DNA of 64,000 nt from a virus, in the IMG/VR virus record IMGVR_UViG_3300035670_000049, positions 1 through 64,000 of that record. One strand, written 5' to 3'. Shown one piece after another: positions 25,714 through 31,666 of this stretch. Under the pieces are notes generated by a model. That model had not been told where the DNA came from, did not search any database, and saw only the letters and a program-made list of their open reading frames with translations. A program made the position numbers and the translations under genes. Numbering within the stretch: position 1 is the first letter of the stretch; every line of letters starts with the position of its first letter.

Positions 25714-26405
25714 TAGCCAATCCTATGATGTGTAAATAGCCCATCGCCCTGTGTGACATTAAAATTCTGAGTTTCCCACCAAGACTGAAGATTTATCTCT
25801 ATATCTCCAGCAACTTTAGGGAGGATATAAACCTGAAGAAATCCCCTACGTGCCATGTGGGGGTTATTTGTCCAGTTGGCATTACGTGAGGTTGTTCTGT
25901 ACCAGCCATTACCTCTAGAATAAATCTCTGGAAACAGTTCAATCTCAAAGTCTTCCCTATAATGGAGGGCATCTAACAGGTGAGTTGGACGATCATATTC
26001 TCGCCCCATAAATTGTCTTGTCCATAGAGGATTACCCGGATTTAGTCTACTACGATATCTTACGATATCTGTTTCCCCTCGTTTGAGCATCGCCATTCCC
26101 TGTATAATCTGTACATCGGGAAAGGGCTCAATAAGTAACCAGTCATTCTCAAGAAATAAAAAAAGATCGCTTGCCGACTGCTCGACAAGCGCACGATAGG
26201 CTTCAGCAATACCGATATTACGGTCTGATCCTATAAAGTCATAATCAAACTCTCTGGCAATCTCTTTATCTTTTTCTGAGATTTCTTGAAAGAAGATTAT
26301 CCGCTCATCTCCCAGCCGGTCCAAACCTTTATCACGGTAACTAGTTAGGGTATTTATTAGCGTCTTGTGCTGTCCCCAAGATAATATACCTATTGTTAAA
26401 TCCAT
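25713..26405 (-). CDS. Putative GT-A fold glycosyltransferase
   Basis: NIGI..A, LFLENDW (ExD) motif; position in glycan cluster. Confidence 0.65.
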   Translation of the reverse strand: MDLTIGILSWGQHKTLINTLTSYRDKGLDRLGDERIIFFQEISEKDKEIAREFDYDFIGSDRNIGIAEAYRALVEQSASDLFLFLENDWLLIEPFPDVQIIQGMAMLKRGETDIVRYRSRLNPGNPLWTRQFMGREYDRPTHLLDALHYREDFEIELFPEIYSRGNGWYRTTSRNANWTNNPHMARRGFLQVYILPKVAGDIEINLQSWWETQNFNVTQGDGLFTHHRIG

Positions 26406-26992
26406 TATAATACCTGTCCTAAAATCAAACCTCTGGGCGTATGAAAATCAATAAGGCTAATATATGCAGAGATTTCTTCGTCGGTTTGTCCTAGTGGTAA
26501 TACATGCTTCCTTACTTGATGATGTGGAGCCGTATCATGGAAGGCGACTATTGCCCCACTTTTTAATCTGCCCATATCGTAAAATCGTCTAAATTCTAGG
26601 TGGCGTCCTTCCTGCCAAGAGTCAAAGAAGGCAAAATCAATATCTTCTAGGGGCGCATACTCCATAGAATTGACATTGATGATCTGCATCCTGTTGTACT
26701 CGCCCATGATATTCTGAATATATCTCTCAGCCCGTTCCGCTAACAAAGCATCTGATTCTACAGAAACCCCTCTTCCATGATTATTCATATGAAGAGCCCG
26801 AGACATTTCAAGGGTCGTATGTCCGTTATAGGAGCCTGTTTCTAGCACAAACTCCGGTTGGATTAATCTAACCAAAGAACCAATAAACTCAGAAACTTCA
26901 ATCTCTGTCGCTTCCGAGTCAGGTGAATGCCAGTATTCAGGATGAGGGCACCAACTTCGCGGTGGCGTAAATCTGCTTTCCAAATTGTCCAT
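26405..26992 (-). CDS. Class I SAM methyltransferase (Methyltransf_24-like)
   Basis: VLETGSYNG, FAFFDS, VAFHDT motifs. Confidence 0.85.
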   Translation of the reverse strand: MDNLESRFTPPRSWCPHPEYWHSPDSEATEIEVSEFIGSLVRLIQPEFVLETGSYNGHTTLEMSRALHMNNHGRGVSVESDALLAERAERYIQNIMGEYNRMQIINVNSMEYAPLEDIDFAFFDSWQEGRHLEFRRFYDMGRLKSGAIVAFHDTAPHHQVRKHVLPLGQTDEEISAYISLIDFHTPRGLILGQVL

Positions 26993-27006
26993 ATATTCTC
27001 CAAAAT

Positions 27007-27080
27007 TGGCAGAGGCTAAGGGATTCGAACCCTTACTAAGAGGGCCAAAGTCTCTGGTGCTGCCGTTACACTAAGCCTCA
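27007..27080 (-). tRNA. tRNA-Gln(TTG)
   Basis: Loop CT-TTG-GC, 1:72 mismatch typical of Gln, GCCA. Confidence 0.92.
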
Positions 27081-27084
27081 ATGC

Positions 27085-27315
27085 TTATTTCTTAGATACC
27101 GTGGTCTTAAATGCAGAACCAACAAGTCCCAATAAAACCCATCCAGCAAGTGCTGTTACATAATCAATAGTTGGGCCTCCAAAGACTACTGGAATAAATA
27201 AATTCCAAACAGTCATAAAGATAAATGCCCCTAATCCTATAAATAGGAGGACTAGTAGGATAAATACCATACAAGTAATAACGGCTACAAGTCCATCTTC
27301 TTGAGTTTTACTCAT
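27085..27315 (-). CDS. Small membrane protein
   Basis: Two hydrophobic stretches. Confidence 0.7.
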   Translation of the reverse strand: MSKTQEDGLVAVITCMVFILLVLLFIGLGAFIFMTVWNLFIPVVFGGPTIDYVTALAGWVLLGLVGSAFKTTVSKK

Positions 27316-27503
27316 TCATTCTCCAATACATTTTTATGTACATATCTCCAAGGATGAACACCACCAAACTTTTTCCAATACATTGGAAGATACCTGTTGC
27401 GCCCGTTCTCTGTGGCAGTGTGGACCGTATCGTATTTACAGTGCTTATGTCCACAGGTGCTTTCCGCAATTTGCTTAGTGCGCTTTCTCTTGAAGTTTGC
27501 CAT
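27312..27503 (-). CDS. Small basic hypothetical protein
   Basis: GAGGGTG SD; ATGA overlap with next gene. Confidence 0.65.
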   Translation of the reverse strand: MANFKRKRTKQIAESTCGHKHCKYDTVHTATENGRNRYLPMYWKKFGGVHPWRYVHKNVLENE

Positions 27504-27521
27504 AAATACACCCTCTTAATT

Positions 27522-27596
27522 TGGCTGGCACGCTGGGATTCGAACCCAGATCAACGGATTAACAGTCCGGCATCCTACCCATTGGACGACACGCCA
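27522..27596 (-). tRNA. tRNA-Asn(GTT)
   Basis: Loop CT-GTT-AA, GCCA. Confidence 0.92.
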
Positions 27597-27605
27597 GTAA
27601 AGAGA

Positions 27606-27734
27606 CTAGGGAGACTAAGGCAACATCGGAGATTTTAGGTAGACTCTCCCGCCGCAAGACAGTAATAACGAGTAACCAACGAGTAGACAAATCGTAAAAT
27701 GGTGTCGAAGTATCCGATATCTACACTGCCCTAG
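27606..27734 (-). ncRNA. Y-RNA-like unit 1 (U-rich cargo)
   Basis: CTAGGG/CCCTAG stem, CAGTGT, ATATCGGA/TCCGATGT stem, TACTTC, TTAGTCT. Confidence 0.75.
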
Positions 27735-27748
27735 AAGTTATACGTAAT

Positions 27749-27880
27749 TTAGTGAGATTAAATTCAATCAGATTTTTAACGCTTGCGCGCTCGGCTGGAT
27801 TCGAACCAGCAATAGTTTCTTTAAGAGAGAAAAATCTTTACCGTTAGATTACGAAGTATCTGATTAAGACACTACACTAA
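27749..27880 (-). ncRNA. Y-RNA-like unit 2 (tRNA-Lys(CTT)-like cargo)
   Basis: TTAGTG/CACTAA stem, TAGTGT, TACTTC, TTAATCT; D, anticodon and T arms inside. Confidence 0.8.
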
Positions 27881-27926
27881 GAGTTGTCCTTTCCCCGCCC
27901 CTTGAAAAAGGGACAGAGACTGAACA

Positions 27927-28016
27927 CTAGTTGATGTGCCGTCGCACATCCGGTAGTACAGTTGGGCAGCGCGCATTTAATGATGCCCGATGTACTACCC
28001 GATGAGCGATGACTAG
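27927..28016 (-). ncRNA. Structured RNA without complete Y scaffold
   Basis: GGTAGTACA/TGTACTACC, GGGCA/TGCCC, GATGTGC/GCACATC stems. Confidence 0.45.
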
Positions 28017-28148
28017 GAAGATTAATTCAGAACAGTAACGTTTTCCTGTGCTGCCGTAACACTTAACCCTGCCCGTTGTGCAGGATTGGGGAGTCGAACC
28101 CCTCTTGGGCATCCTAATTGCGAAGTAACTGTTTCCTACACTATCCTA
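28014..28148 (-). ncRNA. Y-RNA-like unit 3 (circularly permuted tRNA, YrlA-type)
   Basis: TAGGA/TCCTA stem, motifs; T arm, closed acceptor stem, D arm in that order. Confidence 0.8.
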
Positions 28149-28164
28149 TAGATGTAAAATTTAT

Positions 28165-28339
28165 ATAGTGAGATTAATCGGATCGGGGGCTTTATCGTCT
28201 TGCTTCCGATTCGTCACTTAGTCCTTTCCTAAGAGTCACTAGGGCCATCCTCCCATGCTGGCATAATATACCTTATACTGGTTCTTGTGTTTTCGAGACA
28301 AAAGTTGTGTAGAAGTACCCGATTCCCACACTACACTAT
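28165..28339 (-). ncRNA. Y-RNA-like unit 4 (multi-hairpin cargo)
   Basis: ATAGTG/CACTAT stem, TAGTGT, GGAATCGGG/CCCGATCC, TACTTC, TTAATCT. Confidence 0.75.
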
Positions 28340-28385
28340 GTGAATGACAGCCTTGCCTCCAAGGCTCTACTTTATTATAACATAG

Positions 28386-28529
28386 ACTAGAAGGATAAGT
28401 CAACTAGGCTTGCCCAAGAGGATTCGAACCTTCTTCTCTGGACCTTCAAATCCAGCGTGTTGCCATTACACCATATTGACGGGCGGTTTTTGGAGTCAAT
28501 AGAAGAATTCCTAATCTACACTATCTAGT
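28386..28529 (-). ncRNA. Y-RNA-like unit 5 (tRNA-like cargo, 8-nt anticodon loop)
   Basis: ACTAGA/TCTAGT stem, TAGTGT, TTCTTC, TTATCCT. Confidence 0.72.
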
Positions 28530-28542
28530 TTAATGTCTTAGT

Positions 28543-28617
28543 TGGTAGCCCTACGGGGAATCGAACCCCGATTGTCGGATTGAAAGTCCGGTATCCTAGC
28601 CATTAGACGATAGGGCC
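28543..28617 (-). tRNA. tRNA-Glu(TTC), inside the Y-RNA array
   Basis: Loop CT-TTC-AA, intact acceptor, CCA. Confidence 0.93.
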
Positions 28618-28621
28618 GCTA

Positions 28622-28715
28622 TTTAGGGAGGTTAAGACTGAACGGAAAACAGGTTATATCCGTAGATAATAACTCTCTTGTGCAAAGAAGTAACCGTTTC
28701 AAACACTGCCCTAAA
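28622..28715 (-). ncRNA. Y-RNA-like unit 6 (minimal, cUACGg hairpin)
   Basis: TTTAGGG/CCCTAAA stem, CAGTGT, TACTTC, TTAACCT; begins 4 nt after TROVE stop. Confidence 0.75.
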
Positions 28716-28719
28716 AATA

Positions 28720-30312
28720 TTACCAGTTCTTGATTTCTTCAACCATTGCATTACCCTTCTCGTAAATAGCAATCAGATCAAAAATCTTGTCTGACCAACC
28801 ATTTAGAAGAACAACGTTCTTCGCATTAGAAGGAGTCTGCTTTGTTCCGTATGCGTTGATATCCAGCGAGAACAACTTCGCATTTGGATACTTCTTAGCG
28901 TAGGTTGCCCACATCTTGTGAACATCCCTTACCTGAGAGCCATTATAGCCCCAACCATATCCAGCGTAGTAGTTATCTCGGTGCTGCGAGTCATAGCACT
29001 GCATGTCAGAGATAAGAATTACCCTATCAACTTCCTTTGTGCCCAATTCCTCAAAGGCAAGCCAAGCGTTTGTGCTAAAACCTACCCCAAGGCCCTTGAT
29101 TTGCTCAATATTAGTCATCATCGTATCGTCTGGATTAATACGAGCAGTCTTTGCCCTATCCCCAAATCCGATAACGATTGAGTCTGCTGACTTCTTAGCC
29201 GCAATGGCAGCAAGAGTACAAGCAGTATCCTTATATGAAACCTTTGACTTAGCCGAAAGTTTTGAATCCATTGATCCCGACAAGTCTACCAAGATCGCAG
29301 TCTTGCCATCAAGACGAACATTTGAAATAGACTTCTCAAATGCCTGAGCAATTGCTCTTGAAATCTTCTGATCTGAAATTTCACGGTAGGCAGAAAGGAA
29401 TCTAAATGGAAGTTGCTTTGAACGCTTAATCTCGTTCTCGTCCGTGATGCGGGCAAGAATGGGATCAAGATCAACACCCTTTTCTTGGAAGTTGCGAAGG
29501 TTCCGCAATAGAGCCATATAGCCCATATTTGGAGCCACTAATTCCCAATTTTCCTTAGTAGAGCCAAACTTGGAAATAAGAGTTTCCCAAGTCACCCCTG
29601 ACTTCTTAATTAACTCTATGGCTTCTGCGTCAAGCGAATCCTTGGCAAGCAGAGCCTTTAGTGCTGCTGTCTTAGGTAGCGCCTCTACATCTACCTCATC
29701 CTTGGTTAAGTAGTTATATAGTGCCTTGCCGATAGCCGGATGCACTAACTGTGCAACTTGCCCAAGAGAAACATCAGCCTTTGACGAATCATACTTATTT
29801 AGTTGATACTCGTCAAAATTTAGGAACGCCTTAGCAAGTCCCTTCTTCAATGAGTTAGGGAAGTTTGCATGAGTTACGTTTGGACGCTTTGGGTCCTTCC
29901 CGTAATTATTAGAATAGTAGGCTACAATCTCGCTTAACTCGTCTGCACGCTTTACAATCTTAGGTGTATACTCCACCACGAAAGGCTTGCATTCAGGAAT
30001 CCTTGCGGCTTCTACCAGAATGACCTGTGGAGTTGTGCGCAGATAGAGAACATTTCTAGCATATGCTGCTAACTGCAATGGGAACCGTGGATCAATCTTT
30101 GCAACGGTCTTGATGTTCTCAACAATTTCCTTGCTGATCTTCTTGCCCTTTGCATAGAATAAATCTTCATTCCAAAATGCGCCCACAACCTGTTCAACGA
30201 GTTTATCGCGTGCATCCAGTTTAAATGCTACCGCACCCTCGTAATTGGTTGTAGTCTCTTCCGTTAACCTTTGTGTAACCTTTTCACGCTTAGTCGCGTT
30301 TAATCGTGCCAT
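28720..30312 (-). CDS. rsr: Ro60/TROVE domain RNA-binding protein with vWA domain
   Basis: TTNYEGAVAF, TWETLIS, MGYMALLRNLRN, SKQLPFRFLSAY, DLSGSM MIDAS. Confidence 0.95.
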   Translation of the reverse strand: MARLNATKREKVTQRLTEETTTNYEGAVAFKLDARDKLVEQVVGAFWNEDLFYAKGKKISKEIVENIKTVAKIDPRFPLQLAAYARNVLYLRTTPQVILVEAARIPECKPFVVEYTPKIVKRADELSEIVAYYSNNYGKDPKRPNVTHANFPNSLKKGLAKAFLNFDEYQLNKYDSSKADVSLGQVAQLVHPAIGKALYNYLTKDEVDVEALPKTAALKALLAKDSLDAEAIELIKKSGVTWETLISKFGSTKENWELVAPNMGYMALLRNLRNFQEKGVDLDPILARITDENEIKRSKQLPFRFLSAYREISDQKISRAIAQAFEKSISNVRLDGKTAILVDLSGSMDSKLSAKSKVSYKDTACTLAAIAAKKSADSIVIGFGDRAKTARINPDDTMMTNIEQIKGLGVGFSTNAWLAFEELGTKEVDRVILISDMQCYDSQHRDNYYAGYGWGYNGSQVRDVHKMWATYAKKYPNAKLFSLDINAYGTKQTPSNAKNVVLLNGWSDKIFDLIAIYEKGNAMVEEIKNW

Positions 30313-30351
30313 TTTCCTTCTCCTTATAGTATCTATCTTGCGTATAGAACA

Positions 30352-30525
30352 TTATTCTTCAGACTCTTCTTTTTTACCCCTCCCCTTCTTAGTCTGACTT
30401 GGTTTAGGAGCGGGTCTGGAGTACCCAAATCTTGGGTCCCTAATTATAACCTCCTTAACATAAGGATTGTTAAATAGTGTCTCTATGGGCTCTTCATTAG
30501 GTTTGATCTTTCTAGGTCTACCCAT
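30352..30525 (-). CDS. 57-aa basic protein with GRPRK AT-hook-like start, not in track
   Basis: Translated by eye: MGRPRKIKPNEEP...KKEESEE; its ATG overlaps a -10 box. Confidence 0.5.
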   Translation of the reverse strand: MGRPRKIKPNEEPIETLFNNPYVKEVIIRDPRFGYSRPAPKPSQTKKGRGKKEESEE

Positions 30526-30553
30526 TATAGCATTTACTCCATACTAGGTTCAA
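30524..30553 (-). promoter_or_regulatory. TTGAACCTA-class promoter upstream of rsr/Y-RNA operon
   Basis: TTGAAC-N18-TATAAT with TG extended -10. Confidence 0.7.
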
Positions 30554-30554
30554 G

Positions 30555-30630
30555 TGGAGGCCCCGGTCAGAGTCGAACTGACTTTTAACTCGTTTTGCAG
30601 ACGAGCCCTTGGCCGTTTAGGTTCGGAGCC
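30555..30630 (-). tRNA. tRNA-Cys(GCA)
   Basis: CTCGT-CTGCAAA-ACGAG, U73, CCA. Confidence 0.92.
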
Positions 30631-30673
30631 TAATATTTACACTAACTGTAAAGATGCCTAAAATTGTAAATAT

Positions 30674-30749
30674 TGGTGGAGGTATGGGGATTCGAACCCC
30701 AACGAGCAGAGTGCAAATCTGCTATGCTCCCAATTAACATCATACCCCC
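30674..30749 (-). tRNA. tRNA-Ala(TGC)
   Basis: G3:U70 pair, loop TT-TGC-AC, CCA. Confidence 0.93.
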
Positions 30750-30751
30750 AT

Positions 30752-30837
30752 TGGCGGATGGTGTAGGATTTGAACCCACGCAGCATTACGCCTCACCAGT
30801 TTTCAAGACTAGCGCCTTACCACTCGGCCAACCATCC
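30752..30837 (-). tRNA. tRNA-Ser(TGA)
   Basis: Loop CT-TGA-AA, long variable arm, GCCA. Confidence 0.93.
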
Positions 30838-31203
30838 TTATTCTTCCTCGTACTCGATTAATTCAACACCTAACTTCCGCGCCCATTCAGCACTATTTGC
30901 TGTGCCCCCTGTTTGAAACTGACCTTTTGCATAGAAAGCCAGCACAAGCGTAGACGCCTGAACAATCCGCTTATTGCGCTCAAACGTAGCACCCTTACCA
31001 TATCTTTGGTATTTTGGATACTTGATACTAATATCAAATCCATGCTCTTTTGCGTAACGTTGAGCAAAAGTATCTACACCTATTGCGCCACCGGAGATAA
31101 TTTCATCATCGTAACTTAAATAACCGTCAAGCACTCTTTCTAATTGGGCGTAGTTTTGAAAAGTTCTACTTCCAACTACAGCAATTCTTTTAAAAGTTTC
31201 CAA
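30838..31203 (-). CDS. SLOG family protein (YspA/DUF2493-like)
   Basis: AVVGSRTF, ISGGAIGVDT, RNKRIV, GGTANS; TTG start after GGAG. Confidence 0.85.
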   Translation of the reverse strand: METFKRIAVVGSRTFQNYAQLERVLDGYLSYDDEIISGGAIGVDTFAQRYAKEHGFDISIKYPKYQRYGKGATFERNKRIVQASTLVLAFYAKGQFQTGGTANSAEWARKLGVELIEYEEE

Positions 31204-31217
31204 TGTGACTCCTTTCT

Positions 31218-31310
31218 TGGCGGGCAGAGAGGGATTCGAACCCTCGGGACACATTCACATGGCCCAACGTCTTAGCAGGACGCCGCTTTAAACCACTCAG
31301 CCACCTACCC
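31218..31310 (-). tRNA. tRNA-Ser(GCT)
   Basis: Loop CT-GCT-AA, long variable arm, GCCA. Confidence 0.93.
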
Positions 31311-31314
31311 GTAG

Positions 31315-31344
31315 AGTATAGCGCATTTGCCAATCTAGGTTCAA
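31315..31344 (-). promoter_or_regulatory. TTGAACCTA-class promoter
   Basis: TTGAAC-N18-TATACT, 4 nt before tRNA-Ser. Confidence 0.7.
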
Positions 31345-31665
31345 CTATTCAGAATTCCTTGGCTTCCTTGCTTTAGCCTTTCCCATCAATTTAAGTGCTT
31401 CCTCGTAGTCTATTTCACCTACGACAATAATATCCTGACTGCCCTTATGCCCAAAGGATTTCCCATTGATATCAGTATATATCCATATCTCCGAGACTAA
31501 CTTTTGAACGAATACCTTCTTACCTTTAAGAGTTGCTGCCTCTTTAGAGGTAGGACGATCAAACTCCATCTCTGTTGGTCCTATTTTCTCGCTAGCGAGT
31601 CCGTCAAAATTTAAGCCACTTAAAAGACGTTCCCACTCCTGTAAATTCTGTGGTTCATTTGCCAT
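31345..31665 (-). CDS. Hypothetical protein
   Basis: ORF directly after polA with SD. Confidence 0.7.
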   Translation of the reverse strand: MANEPQNLQEWERLLSGLNFDGLASEKIGPTEMEFDRPTSKEAATLKGKKVFVQKLVSEIWIYTDINGKSFGHKGSQDIIVVGEIDYEEALKLMGKAKARKPRNSE

Positions 31666-31666
31666 A

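Noticed and set aside
27927-28112. 61-aa ORF in the track
   Set aside because: Overlaps structured RNA units, no SD; better explained as RNA
27606-28715. CRISPR array interpretation of the repeated units
   Set aside because: No identical direct repeats or uniform spacers; each unit's ends pair with each other and vary covariantly; no cas genes
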